DNA of 56,838 bases, filler included, from Platydemus manokwari (lineage: Eukaryota): assembly GCA_037951405.1 (NCBI GenBank). It is 5 parts of 5 records of this genome, joined end to end, with 100 filler letters (N's around TTAATTAATTAA, not from the genome) between each part and the next. Parts side by side here need not be neighbours in the genome. Positions count along the whole stretch, not along the records: positions 21,978 to 35,221 come from JBBMOY011788060.1; positions 35,322 to 44,461 come from JBBMOY011293984.1; 3 more parts are not named here. One strand, written 5' to 3'. A program made the position numbers and the translations under genes. This document shows, one piece after another, positions 25,766 through 44,561 of the stretch. The notes beneath the pieces were generated by a model that was not told where the DNA came from, did not search any database, and saw only the letters and a list, made by a program, of their open reading frames with translations. Numbering within the stretch: position 1 is the stretch's first letter; each line of letters begins with the position of its first letter.

Positions 25766-26704
25766 ATGAAATCTTGTTCATGCAAAGGCATCAGAACTTG
25801 TGCGATATGCAATCCTGATAAGTTAATAAATAAGAGTGAAAATTGTATTACCTGTTTCTTTTGTCCGAACATTTCGAAATTAGTGAAAGAAAAATGTATT
25901 CCTGGTGGTCAATGTAGTGAATATCATCATATTCTAGGTGATTTTAATGGAATTATCTTGATTGAAAATTTTTTGAGCAAAAATGATAGAATATGTTTAT
26001 CTAATGGAATTAGTTCCAATGATTGGGTAGAATCTCAATCTGGTAGAAGGAAGCAGGTATAATTATTCAGTTGTTTCAGATCAAATTGAAATGACAAATT
26101 ATTTACTAGGATTTTGGACCTAAAGTGAATTTCAAGAAGAAAAAAATTAATTTGACCAATTTTTGTGGATTGCCAAGTTATATTAAAGAATTTGTTAAGA
26201 AATTTTCTGAAATTAAAGAACTTGAAGATTTTCATCCAGTTGAACTATGTAATTTGGAATATAATCCAATTAAAGGAGCATCAATCGATCCTCACTTTGA
26301 TGATTTTTGGTTATGGGGTGAACGATTAGTGACTTTGAACGTTATGTCTTCAACCTATCTGACATTTAGTCCAGGCTCTGAAGACGTTTTGAAGACTTGT
26401 TCGGAAATGTTTTCCAACACATGTTCCAATAATCACGAGAATGTATAATTTTAAGTGATTATATATTATAATATAAACCTAGATATTAGATTGCAAGATT
26501 GAGATCAAAGTTCCGATGGCTGAAGGGTCATTGATAATTGTGTACGGAGATGCTCGACACAAATGGATGCATGCTATTGCACCGAATGATATTCAAACAA
26601 CAAGACTCGCCATCACATTGAGAGAATTGAGTTCTCAATACATTGAAAGTGAGCCAGATTTAAGCAGTAAACTGATAGAATTAGCTGTTACATATAACGG
26701 GTAA
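25766..26704 (+). CDS. ALKBH4: AlkB homolog 4, Fe(II)/2-oxoglutarate dioxygenase; exons 25766-26056, 26110-26442, 26483-26704 (about 281 aa)
   Basis: N-terminal 'CSCKGIRTCAIC', 'SQSGRRKQ|DFGPKVNFKK', HxD motif 'IDPHFDDFWLWGERLV', distal His 'WMHAI', 'RLAITLRE'. Introns of 53 and 40 nt; an alternative in-frame acceptor at 26497 is possible. Confidence 0.95.
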
Positions 26705-28389
26705 CTTGTAATTTAATTGGATCTTCGTTTTCTTTCTAAATATACGTTTTGGTCACTGAATTTTTAATAAAGTGTTTATTTTTAAAAAAGCTTTCATCCA
26801 ATTGATGAGATTTCAAATTGATGAGTGCCTGTTAGGATATATTGTATTAAAATTATATTATCATTAATTGAAAGATTTTATGGATTTTGCTTGAGTGATT
26901 GCTTGATGGCTAATTTATTTTTTTGATTATTATTTCCAATGAATTAACATTATTAAAGTTAGATTTTCTATGGAAAATATTTTTCTTTTAATAATGTGGA
27001 TATTTATCTTGTATTTTTCATCTATTTTAAACTTAATTCCTAGATAATCTTTATCATCCAAATATTTATTATTTTACACTATTTATATATAATTATAATC
27101 ATTATTTGTGCATAATATATCGCTAACTGTAAGATGTTTTGGCGCCATTTATTTTTTCCTATGAATCGTCCTGGTAAATGTCAAATAAATATGATTTGAT
27201 TCACTTTTTCGTATGTTGAGGTTTTATGAAAGAAATAATAAACGAATGAAATTTATTTTCAAGCAAATAATTGTTATTTTCTTAGTTTAGTTGAGTGAAC
27301 TAATTATTATCTAAGAAAAAATAACACTTGTACACTAGTATTTATATAATTTATTAATGCTATACAAATTTGTATACCCATCGTGCTTGTTTGTAATAAT
27401 TAAATCATTTTCGTAAATTTAGTAAGCATAAGAAAATGAATTTTGTTAACCAAGTTAATGTGTTTCTATTAAAACAAAGCCAAAATTATGATGTCAGTAA
27501 CGTAGCGGAAAAATGAAAGTCTATAAACCATCGGTGACCATTTCAAAATCATTTTATTTCATTGAACATTTTTAAAATTTTATTTCCAGGTTAGTTTTAT
27601 TTTTTTAATTTAATTGTTACACTTATGATACATGTTGGAAATGCTTAGACTGGAAAGAGTTGTTAAGAAACAACTACAGCAAATTTCAGTCACCAAAAAT
27701 ATCAAGTCCACCTGATTATCTGCGCCAATATTTCTTTACATGATGGAAATATACCTTTGGATTTTGATATTTACTAATTTCATAGATCCCACAATAACTC
27801 TTAGAAACTTCAGTAACAACGTTCATATTACTAAGAGTTCGACGAATATGAGAGTAAAGTTTACCAAAGACTGACTAAAGGTTTAAGGGATGAGTTTTAC
27901 GGGGCAGTTTTACAATTTCAATTTAATTTGTCTGCTGAATTCCTTTTTGAATTGATTCTTTATCATGAATCAGATAATTCTTCACTTTGACAATAGTTAC
28001 TTATTAAGGATCGGTGTGTGATCTTTTTGAAAGCTCCTATGATTTTAAAATTAATTGGTTTATTTTGTCACTTGCCAATTAAAGGCTTATATTTAGACCT
28101 TGGATTGGTGGGATACTGATGTGTACTTGTTCACCAGTAACGGAACAGCCTCCTTACGATAATGCCCCAAATTTATGCTGCTTTCGTAATTATAAATCAG
28201 CTTCGATCTTTTCCAATTTTCTACTGTAATTTCTACTGATATCTTTCGCAAATTTTTCATCTTTTCGAAATTCCGCTGATTTAGTCTATACGTTATGAAT
28301 TTATTTTTTAAAATTGAAATAGTCGATGTTGAAAATTAAGTTTGGAATTAGAGGACCCAAGAAGCATTTTATCATTTTTAAATTCATGA

Positions 28390-28590
28390 AATGTTTAATA
28401 ATATCTACTTCAGGAGTTATTTTATAGGGATTTCCTCCATCGTAACCGTTTCTAGGAACATCTTATGTTTTGTATTTGTAAACTATTTTATGTATAGCAC
28501 TCATACTACACCAAAGTTTTCGTTCTAACAAATGATAGTTTTTGGATCTTTCGTTGTTTATCAAGGGACGAAATTCTTGAAATATTTTTG
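28390..28590 (-). pseudogene. Possible decayed Tc1-type transposase N-terminal helix-turn-helix
   Basis: Reads LERKLWCSMSAIHKIVYKYKT*DVPRNGYDGGNPYKITP, similar to the paired-like HTH plus GRPRK linker; contains stops. Confidence 0.3.
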
Positions 28591-31500
28591 AAAGTAAAAC
28601 TAATACTTGTTTTTTTCTTTGGAGAATTTCGGGTATTCAATTTCATAGCATTTTAAGGTTCCATCGGTTATAATTTGAAAATATTCATTTATGTGTAATT
28701 TGAAATGAAAATTTTGATTTAAATAATAATATATTAATATTGTAATTTAATATTGTAATTTCTATATGAATTTCAAATTATATAATATGAAAAATGTTTA
28801 AATACCCAAAAACATAAATTTTATAAATAATAAATATTATACAATTATAATCGAACTGACGTTGGCATACAACAATACATACACCATCATATTTTTACAA
28901 GAAATTATACACACACCATACAGATTTTAGATAGATTATGATCTGCTGCATTAATTAAAGATGAAGTTTTATTTTATATCATTTACGACACTTGGTTGTA
29001 AACTTTTACGTTCCTTCTGAATTATAATTTGTTGTGGGTCGTAATTACGGTGAATTCTTAATTGGATTTTCTTATGCTCAGATCCGCGTTTATTGGTTAT
29101 ACAGTTGTTTACACTAAGTAGTAGGTATAATGTAATTTGGTATAACTTTACTTGACTGTACATTGTTGATTAAAACCCCATAAAGTCTTAAATATTTTTT
29201 GGAAATTATTTTATATGTTTATTTACTACTATAATCTTTATTTTCGTTTATAATACATGTCTTATTGATTTTCAATCTTTATATCCAGTACTAGGGAATT
29301 TTGTAATCGGTTCCGGTACATAAATTTTTGTTAAAAAACTTCCGATTTCAGCATCAAGCTTAACAAAAAAATATCATTTATTTCGTTAGGCAATGAATTT
29401 AATACCGCAGAGTTCTCACATATTTTTTAAAAATTTTCTGTTATTTATTTGAATAGCGATTTTTAATGCACTTCTTAATCTAAAAATATTTTTTAATTTT
29501 ATGCAATTTAATACATAAGTCTATATATAAATTGGAGTCAGTTATTCACAGTTGTCAAGGAGTTTCCCATCTCTATATTAAATTGATTATTATATTTCAT
29601 TATCTACTACACTTGCTCTGTTGTCGTTTGAATAATTAAAAGAAAATTAATCAATAAATACGTATATGATTAATTTCCTCTTTGTATTTAGATTAATCTT
29701 ATTAAAACATTGCAAGCGCACATAACATTTTTTTCTTGAGAAAGAATTAAATTGCGATTAATGTGGAAACGCTGAATATTAATATAACAATATCTTTGTA
29801 ATTGAATATATCGACTTGAATTTAGGGGATGAAATTGAGAAGGTTATTAGGTTTATGCAGAACGAATATGTGAGAGTGAATATGGTAGAAAAATTTGTGA
29901 ATATGATCATTCTTGAATTCTTGCTTAAGTATGCTCTTTGACTTCGAATATTTTTTGATTTTATAAGTTGGTTCCAGTTGAAAAGCTTTTTTAAAAATAA
30001 AAAGCAATTTCTACTTTAATTTATTACTCAGACAAATTAAAAATATCTTTTTAAGAAAAATTTAATTTGAATTCCTACTGAGTCTGTCGAATAATTTCTG
30101 GAAATAGTTTAATAGCATTTATTACATTTATTTTCGAAGTTCTATCTATTTTTCTATTTCTCTAAGAGATTCTTTGATTTTGTTCATGCATACACAAATT
30201 GGTATATTAATTGAGTATATTAATTGCAAAATTATATAACTTATTTAAAATTCAATAAAATAAAAACATTTTAATGTTAGATCGGAGTCGTTTTAATTTT
30301 TTATATTTAACGTGTCTGATAATTTTAGACAATTCGACTACTCAATTTTCACTTCTTCATATATTTTTCTTTATAAATGGTAGTTATATGTATTATTATA
30401 GTTAATAATTAGTAAAATCTTAAAAATGTATTATTTACATTTATATCCTCTTGGTGTTATTGAATGGTCGTTCTATACTAAAATAATATAAAATTTCAGT
30501 ATCTACGGTTACTAGTGCTTTCGATTGTGCTATTAGAAAAACATAGATAGGTGCTTTATTCCTCTTAAAAATATTTTAAGGATTTTATTAGTTTGGATTG
30601 ATTCTCTAAATGTCTGATGGAAGCAATGTTTCTATATTATCGCATCTTAATTTGAAAATTAGACATCTCAAATATTCTACTAAGACATCTATAATATTTT
30701 AAACCTATTTTCAAAAATTTATTTTTTATTTTGGAATTAAAAATGGATCGTATTCAATATTATAACAATTCAATTATAACTATTTTTTCTAAATTTAACT
30801 TTTGATCCTGAAGGATGATATATTTTCTTATACACTATTGTAAAGAAATTTAATCGATAGTATTGAATTTTATTTAGAATCTTTTCAATTTATAACTTGG
30901 ATTGCCTGACTTTCATAATGATATTAAAAATAATATTACAAACTGAATACATTCATAGAAATAGCTGGGATTTTAAGTAAATTAAAAAACTATAAAAAAT
31001 TTATGGAAAATGTTTCTTAAAAAAATTTGAAAATTAATTCTTGAAAATTATTCGTATAATTATTCTTGTCAAATAAGTGAATCGATACAATGGAAAATAA
31101 GAACTTCATAAAATTCGTATAAATGTTCCTTCAAAATTACACAATAAAATTTCGTGCTGGAAAATGTATTCATGGAATTGTGTACGAGAAATTGTATTAA
31201 AACATTTTTCGATGATCAGAGTGGTAAATAGATTATAGAAATTATTCGAGTAAACTCATGTGTTTTGTATTTATACTGTTTCCTTAGGTTTCATCTTTGT
31301 TTTTGTCATACTCTGATTCTGTATTTAGTGACTGTTTATATGTATCAGTTGACTTTTATTTTTATTGTTATTTAGAAATTAAATTCTTTAAATAAACATG
31401 AATATTATAAAATTAATTTAGTATATTTTAGTGAAAACTGATGAAATTAAAATTGCCATATTTATTAGATTAATAGTTTTTTTTGTGATTTGTTTACCTT

Positions 31501-34500
31501 CTTTTAGTTTTTAATGATTTTTGATTTAACATTTATGGAAGATGATTAATAAATGAGTTCCAGTTCTCGTTAAATTTCCCGTAGGATTCAGTAAATTGTA
31601 TATAGACAATTTATGGGAATATATAGGCTGAAAGTGATGCAGAACCTGTTATTTTTTTTAAACTATAATTAAATGTCTTTATAATATTGTATATTTGCTT
31701 TAAATTACAACTAAATGATTATGAATTTATTAATGCTTATGAACAAATGCAAAAAGGATAATAAATTGATGAAGCAAAGCATATTACCAAAAAGGAACAT
31801 TCTCAAAAATTCCTAGGTATGAATGCTAAGTGTGACAGCAGATTATTTTGTGTTCTTTGCTAAAAGTTATGAAGCATGGTGGGACATGCATTAATATTTA
31901 TTTAAATTTATTACATATAGACGAGTACTTACAATTATCATGGATGTTGAGCTTACATATTGGAGCAAATAATTTAAACAAATAATGTCAACAAATCGGT
32001 ATTATTCTGATAAATGCAGTCAAATAAAAATAATAATTCGGTGTTTTACATGTATAATTACAAAATCAATAAATTATTGGACTGCGGCTAAATATTCCAT
32101 ATTTTTGGGAATGCGTGTATAAATGATATCGATAAGAGTCTTCTAACTCGAAACTGGGTGATTATATGCACTTTATTTTACACGCAGGGGTTTTTGTTAT
32201 TAATTTAAAATGAGTTTATTTTTTCGCGTCATCTAATTTATTATTCATTATCGCTTTATATTTTCCAGTAATTTTATTTCTAATTTGATCAAATTAATTA
32301 TTTTCCTCTGCCAATGTCATCCTAATTGGTTTAAATATTGTATAAAATAGAAAAACATCTAGTCTCTGGTAAATTACTGTGTTACGCAATATTCAAAATA
32401 ATGATAAAATCCGAAAATATTATTAATTATCAAATTGCATTTTGAGAACAGTATGTTTAAGGAACTCTGATGTCTTTTATTGATTATTATTATTTCTTAC
32501 CGAATTCGATATTTACTTATTGTATTTATTTTTTCTGCCTTTTAATTGCTACTATCATAAACTAGTATTTATTATTATCAATATTACTGATTCTTTTCAT
32601 TTTCTAACACGCTGATACAATCGATTCATGTTTCTAATAATAATTAGAATTCATAAAGATTAATGGTAAAGTTGACTAGTCAAATTGAATGATTTATACA
32701 CCAATAAAAATGTCACAGTAAATTTGCCATGTTATTAATTATTCAAGTGTTTGGCGGTTTCTGGATTTAAACTATATTATTTAAATTCTCCCTTTCCTTG
32801 ATATATTGAAACAAGCATTTCTATTTGGATTTGATTGTGCTTTGGGTGTTTTTAAACTATATATATATAGTTTGTACTATATGCTATAAAGATTATAGTA
32901 AACATTATACTAAAGAGAAGCTTGCAATCAAATCGAATCATCAACGAAAATTCCAATTTTTAACATAATTATAAATTTTTATCTAAATTAAAATATCAGA
33001 TAGAATAAAACAAAAAGTAAAAAAATGTCTTTTTACCTTATATAATGAAGCAGTCTCCACTGCTCACTATATTTCCGATCGCTCTAATTGTCTTTGGTGG
33101 CGGTACCGGGATAATCTAAAACCTGTACAATGGGAGACAAAACAAAAGAGATGAGAAATTCACCTAATTCCACCGGAGCCCAATGGCTTATGATAATATG
33201 AATAATTGAACAGGCGACCTGCCGATCTAATGATTGACTCGAACAAAAGCCTATTAACAATGGTGAAGACCAGGATAATATCTATTAATATAAATTAATA
33301 ATTAATATTAAAATTTATTATTAGAATTAAAGGACAAAGGTAATAATAGTAATAATAACCATAACAATATTTATAGTTTATATTGTTTTAGGATTCTATT
33401 GTCATTTCTCTGTAACAATATACTGAGATTTATTATCATCTTACCATTTATTTCGTTGATTTATTTTGTTTCAAGGCTATAGTTAAAGGTTATATTTCAT
33501 TTCTTTGGAATATGTTATACAATTGTTATTTCTCATCAGCAATTCTCTTGAGAAATGTATATGAATAGTAGTGATCATTGACATATATATAAATTAATAA
33601 AAAAATTAAATTAATTCAAAAAAATTGGCACGAATAACCGATTTATTGGTAATGTCTCGGCTAATAAAATCAATTTTAATTATACGTAGAAGGATTGAGT
33701 AATTTTTAAAGATTTTGGGGACAAAGTCTTCTAGAGGATGGAAATATGTTGAGTAAGAAATTCTGTAAAAATAAACACCGATTTGCATCTAGGAACTCTT
33801 GTTTAAGAAATTTAAAAATTTGCATGTCTACACAACCATACAGGCATAGCAATCAGTCAATTATAATAATTAGCATTATACATTTAGATAATAATTGTTG
33901 GGAGGTGTATCTGGACAAGTAATGTTATTAAAATGATAATCAAACAATTATTTCAATTAGGTTTAATACAGGATTACGTAACGACACACAGATTGACAAA
34001 TCGCAGTCATGATAAATCAATAAATCCAATTGAAATCACAAAAAGCAGAACATCTAATTAAAGTCGAGCACAACCAATACATACAAACTTTTGATTATAA
34101 ATTATGTTGCAAACATGGCATGTTGTTAGTTGAGATAATTGTTTTTGAATTATGTTAATGCTGGGAGTCATTAAACGTTTCGGTAGCAACCCAAATGTTT
34201 TAAATTCAATTAAAAATCAAGCTTGTTGAAATTTTACCAATCAAAATTCTGAATAATCTGGAAAATGAATTGGTAATTGTGACTGACTTTTACAGAGCTT
34301 TCAATAATTGGTAATTTTTAATGAAGAGTGAGACTTGAAAGAAGATAAGTTTACAAATTGGTTAAAATTATATACGTTGTGTGTTGTATAAATATATCGT
34401 TCATTTCTAATCTTCACGATTTAGCTAGAATAAAGATAAGTTTTTGTTCCGATGAATAGCAATGAAGTATTAAATAATAACACTACTATCACTTTCAAAT

Positions 34501-35147
34501 CTCATTTCAGCTTAATATACTATTTACCAAATTGATAAAAACTAAATCTCTTTAAAAAATCTCTTTAAAATTAATACTCATAAATCAAAAAACAGATTTT
34601 AACTCAGACTTTAATTATCTAACAATGGAACGTGGTTTACCTCACCGATAACGTGAGTACAGCAAAAGAATTATACTTAACAAATAAAAAAATAAATATA
34701 CCTAATGATATGCTACTTTTACAAAACACTTACGGTTAAAAGGATTATCTCCTTAATTAAACTAATAATGTCAATTAATTTCGGATTTCCCAATAAATAT
34801 TTTCATCGATGGTTTTTGTACTCATCGAATTGCATTTTTTACGAAATTTTCTTCTGTAAATAGTTGAAATTTAATAGCAGAAAATTTCGTTCACAAAATT
34901 TAATTCATGATTCTTAGATGATTCTTTGTAAGCTTAGTTTAATTTCGATTTGGTTCTATTTGATGGTTAAAACAAATTTGAAAATAAATTATACGTTTCA
35001 AAAACTGGGCTATATTATTTATCTCCTTAGTGTTTTTGTATCCCTTACAAATTATAATTTTTGAAAATTAGCCATAGCTACCTTAAAATATATCCATTTT
35101 AATAGTTTTAGGATATTAGGATTTTTAATATTAAGTTTTTGTTATTA

Positions 35148-36640
35148 TTAGGTTGTAAATAAAGTTCGCGGACAAAATTGTAAATAAAAATTTGCCATCA
35201 CGTTTTGCCATCGATTTATTCNNNNNNNNNNNNNNNNNNNNNNNNNNNNNNNNNNNNNNNNNNNNTTAATTAATTAANNNNNNNNNNNNNNNNNNNNNNN
35301 NNNNNNNNNNNNNNNNNNNNNAAAAAAATTTCGTTTTAATCAATAAGAAAATAGTAAAATTTCTCTAGGTTGATCTTTCTTAGGTAAATTTTCTAAGGTA
35401 GATCAATAACAAGACAGGAAAGTTCAAGATTTAAATTTAAATAAATCGATTAGAGTTGGTTATATGATTTAGCCTGAAAGATTAAGGCAAAGCAATACGA
35501 CATAAATTTCTTCGTTGCAACTTTAACATGAAACAACTCTTCGGCTACCGAAATCCATCGTTTTCTTGTCGAAAGTTGGGGAGCAAAGAGCGTCGTCAGC
35601 CTTCGTAGAGTACAGTAGATTACCAAAGAGCTTGCAGGAGAACAGAGATCACGAAGACCAAGAACAATCACTGCAGAAGAGAATGTCATTATTGTGCGTA
35701 AAATGATTGTAGAAGATTGCCACTAAAGCTGTCCAGTCAATTCAAGAGTCAGTGACATTAAAGAAACGATTGAAATATATTGAAACAAAGACTTAGAAAG
35801 AAGTCAGTTTGCAGCAGATGGGTTCTTCAGATTCTAACGGTTAATAAGAACACAATCAGAGTCACTTGCTGTCAAGAAATGTTGAATGTTTTTCGGCAAG
35901 AAGGGCTATGGAAAAGATCATTGTGATGGATGAAAAATGGATTTACCTTCGAGACGTATCTTCAAAAGGCTGCAACCGTGTATGGGTGAATGGTACAAGT
36001 GATCGTCCAACTATTGCTAGGCTGACAATATCTGATCGCAAAGTTCTGATTATTGTTGCCAGCAACTAAGCAAAATCACTTACGTATTTCGAAATTCTTC
36101 ACGACGGTAGATCCATCAACAATGAGAGATACCTGCAATTCCTGCAGAATATGATTTTAAATCTTCAAACAAGATTATCTGTTTGGGAAATGATCATTCA
36201 GCATGACAATGCCAGACTTCACAGAGCACAGTTAATTCGGCTTTGGCTTGAAGAACATCGGGTGTCTCTATTAAAGTAGCCGACCTACTCAACTGACACA
36301 GACCTCATGGATCGCTTTATCTCCAGGAACTACGAGCACCACCGACTGGGAAAAAACTTCAATAATTCAGGAGAGGTGAGATACGATTTTTGCCAATATT
36401 TGGAGTCAACATCAGAAGTCAAGCTCACAACCCTGTTTCAAAATTTTACACGTCACAGAGTGTCAATGAAGCTGATGGAGATTATATTTAAGCTGTGTTA
36501 TGGTTTTATAACACTTTTAGTATAATTGCACATATGATTTTCACAAATAAACGTTTTGAATTGTATTTCTTTTAGAGTTTTATAAGATGTCTTCGACGTA
36601 GAAAAACAATTTTTTTGCCGGGCCTTTTATATTTAAATAA
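35148..36640 (+). mobile_element. Decayed mariner (D,D34D) DNA transposon; transposase pseudogene about 35470-36500
   Basis: 'SATEIHRFL', 'RSRRPRT', 'RWVLQIL' (WVPHEL), 'MDEKWIY', 'QHDNARLH', and 'YSTDTDLMD' with 34 residues between D2 and D3; stops and frameshifts present. TA-preceded TIR TTAGGTTGTAAATAAAGTTCGCGGACAAAATTGT at 35148 with a degenerate partner at about 36606-36640. Confidence 0.88.
35222..35321. other. Assembly spacer
   Basis: 44 N + TTAATTAATTAA + 44 N. Confidence 0.97.
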
Positions 36641-37429
36641 TATATATCTCAAAAATAATGTATACGAAATTTGCAATTTAATTTAATTATAAACGATTGC
36701 AATAGTACAAGGGTTAATTATGAAACATTATTACGGTAAAATTATTCGGAGTTTGCGTCCACAGATCATATTAGCCTCAAAATATTAGGAGGTACTTATT
36801 CATGAAAAAGAAACACACAACAATATAACACTGTTTTAGATAAATAAATGACCAAAATATTTAGTAGATAAGACTATCATCCAGCGTGATATGAATAATT
36901 TTGTATCTTGAAATTTGCATACTAAAAATTGAGCCTGTTATTTTTAATCGTTTATTGTATCCTTGGTTATTGTAATTTTCGTACATGAATTAATGGGTCT
37001 TCTTTTTCTGTCGTTGAAACTAAATTCTTACGAATTATTATCAGGTTTTTGCTTATTCAATTTTGTGTAATTACTCCAATTTTTCATCTGCTTATACAAT
37101 AACTGCTGTGCGAGTGAGTGTTTCTGTGTCCAACTTATTCTTGAAAATTTCTTAAAAGTTTGTAGCCTCCAACAGTGGCAATCTGGTAATGATCCACAAA
37201 AACTCACATTCCTTTATGGGTGATTGGTTATAGTACCATATTTTATATTTTGTCGCTATGTTATTCTTTTATGAATTCGCAGTTCTGTTGATTGTGATTC
37301 ATACTTTAATAAAAAGGAAGCAAAGTTCGATTAATTTTGTTTCTGAAAATTATTAGTTTATTATGAGCATTATTATGTTTTTCTTATTGTTATTATTTTT
37401 AGATTTTCTTAACTTTCGAGATAATCTCA

Positions 37430-41603
<4,174 letters not shown>

Positions 41604-44461
41604 TCTATTGTTAAGAAAATAACATGAAAATAATTACTATCACGAATTAAGATCGATATAATATTAATTTTAACTTAAATTAATAAACAATATACTTTCA
41701 AGTTAAAATTGTATTATATATTTGTACCCAAGTGTTAAAGATTCGTGTAGTCTAAAGTTGAATTATATATACATTCGTTTCTAGGTGATAATCAAAAAAA
41801 GACCATAACAATAAGATCAAATGTAATCGAGAAAAGTAGACTATAAATCGTCTATTATGAATAGCTTATCTCGACTTAACTCTACTATTATATTTATTTA
41901 TATTTTTTAATATTTCTTATCATACTAACTTGATGTGATTTAATAACAGATTTACAATATCTTATCCTTATCTACATTTACATATAAACAAACATAATCT
42001 GGTTTAATAAATAAATATTACACCTCATTTATTTTCTCTTTATTAACATAATTTAGAACTTTATATGGAAATCAATTTCGTTCCCAAATATAATTTACTT
42101 AATTCGGATAACGAATATTTGAAAGGTAAATATTTACAATAATATTAATAATTTTTACAATTATTTTGGTATCAGGAGGTGCTTAATGATTTTTTTATAT
42201 TTTTCCATAAGGTTATATAAAACTGCGACTAACTATGTTTTGTGATGAAATTGATTACAAGAAATATGTATGTTTATAACAAAAATTTCATTTATTTATA
42301 ATCACATGAAAAATTATGTAAATCAATACAAAATGTTGACCTAGCAATTATAACTAGCATGGCGTTTATGTTTTTAAATTATAGAAGATTTTAAGTAATT
42401 AAAGATTTAATCAGAAAACGAACTGCTTGAAGTGAAAATGAACACCTTAATGATTCGAAATCTAATTGCGAAATACAGCTTTAATCACCAAAATTAGAAT
42501 GAACATCAATGAATTTCATTTGAACCTAAAACATCGTAGAATTTTATAGAGAAGTATTTATTGCTTATTATTTTCTACAGAAAAATAATATGTGAATTGA
42601 AAATAACCCAAACTATAATAACAAAAATTGGTTTTAAATTTGCACGATATACAGAAAAAGAATTTTAAAGATGTTGTATAAAAATAGAACTTTCAGAAAT
42701 TCAATTGATATAACTGCCATTGAATAAGTGTCTTTGATTGCTGCTAATATTTATTCATAAACATTCAAGTATTGGATGTACACGGTTATTTTCATAAAAC
42801 GTTCCACGGATCACAGTCCGCTAGTTAAATTATGAAACCAACTCGGTCTTCGAATTCCAGTCGCTGTTGTCTGAGATATCTACTTCCAATGTTTTCAACA
42901 TGGTTTTTGTTTCTGTGCTTTATTCTCTTCGACTTTATGAAGCAAGAGCTGTTTTATTGATCATTTCCTTATCTATCCCAAATTTCTTTAGAACTGTGTC
43001 GTTGGTTTGTGTTTGCAAAGTTCCGTCAGACTCCATTGTCACGGAAATTTATCCAATCATGACCATTTTTAAAATGATTTGTGCTTTCAGCACTTATCAT
43101 GAATCTATGTTTAAGAATTCTTACAATCACTTGAGAAGTGCTGAATTTATTTTAAAATATTTAAAATTTTAATGGATAAAAATGTTGATAAAAATTGATA
43201 CGCAATAACATTTGCATCATCTAAAGGTACTAAATAATATTAATAATTATAATGCTTGTGAATGATTTAAAGGGAGCTTATGGTGAGAACTCAATTCTGA
43301 GTAACCAAATAATTGCTGATTCCAAAACTCGAAAATTGTAAGCTTTACTTTTAACTAACCAGTACGACTCACAAAGTAACACAAAAATACAATCCAACTT
43401 GATTTTCAATTGGACATAGACACACAACAACACACGCATAAGGGTTGATAAATTCCGCACATACAGAAGCGTACGGGTATCATTCAGTACGACTCTAAAA
43501 TTCAAAATAATGTCTCTAAAAAGGCAAATAAAAATTGGCTTCAATTGGCAGCTCGCCATTTTACATTGGTATTTATACTCGAGATATGTGTGCAATTTTT
43601 CTGCCATGTTTGTATCATATTTGATTTCATCTTTATTTTCTTATGTTTCTATTGGACTTTTGGCTTCTGTATGTATGAAATTTATCAATCCTTATGTGTG
43701 TGTTTTTGTGTGTCTATGTCCCTTTTCCAATTATTGTTTTCCATCTATGTCAACTACGATTAGTTGATTGCCATACCAATATGGTTATATAGACATGTAA
43801 ATGCTTAAAGTGCTAAAACAATGGTTTCAAGTTGCTAATTCACTTTTCGTTTGCAGGGATTTCATCTTACTCAACACTTAATATTCTTATATTGTGTTGA
43901 TAATTTAAACGTGCCGATGCAGCATAAGTAATTTTGAATTAGGATAAATAGCTTAATTTCTATAAGTCTATTTTATTATATATCTTTACAATTGGATTTT
44001 GAAGTTGTTTAACTCATTATCAAAATATACATATTAGCTACTTTCAACTTAAAGATGATAAAAACATACGTGCGATACAATGTTAGTATTATTTATTTCT
44101 TCACAATATTCTGTCGTCTGAATTAAATCTATTTTTCAGCCATTTTATAAGTACGTGTGAAACATTCATTAGAAAGAGAATTTCCAAAGTGTTCAAGTTG
44201 AAAAAATCACGGTGAAAAATATAAAAGCAATGAAAAATAAAGTGTTACATAATAATAATTCGAATATAAAATTATTATGCACTTTAAGATTATTTCTGTT
44301 ATTGTTTGAAAATAATACTTTAATTAGTGCTTTCCATAAGTATAAATGAAGTATAAATATTAATATATGATACATGTTTAATAAAGTAATTTATGAAGTA
44401 TTTCATTAAGAAGTAATTCATAAAATATTTCATTAATACCGACTGATTCAACTATTTCATG

Positions 44462-44561
44462 NNNNNNNNNNNNNNNNNNNNNNNNNNNNNNNNNNNNNNN
44501 NNNNNTTAATTAATTAANNNNNNNNNNNNNNNNNNNNNNNNNNNNNNNNNNNNNNNNNNNN
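44462..44561. other. Assembly spacer
   Basis: 44 N + TTAATTAATTAA + 44 N. Confidence 0.97.

Noticed and set aside
3365-26704. Functional cluster of methyl-adenine genes (RBM15 + ALKBH4) or redox genes (NDOR1 + PYROXD1)
   Set aside because: These are ordinary housekeeping genes; RBM15 and ALKBH4 are separated by two assembly spacers, and nothing shows co-regulation.
42860-43080. Possible LTR-retrotransposon aspartic protease remnant (ISVTMESDGT...LKKFGI), minus strand
   Set aside because: The catalytic DTG motif is not intact and stops are frequent; too weak to call.
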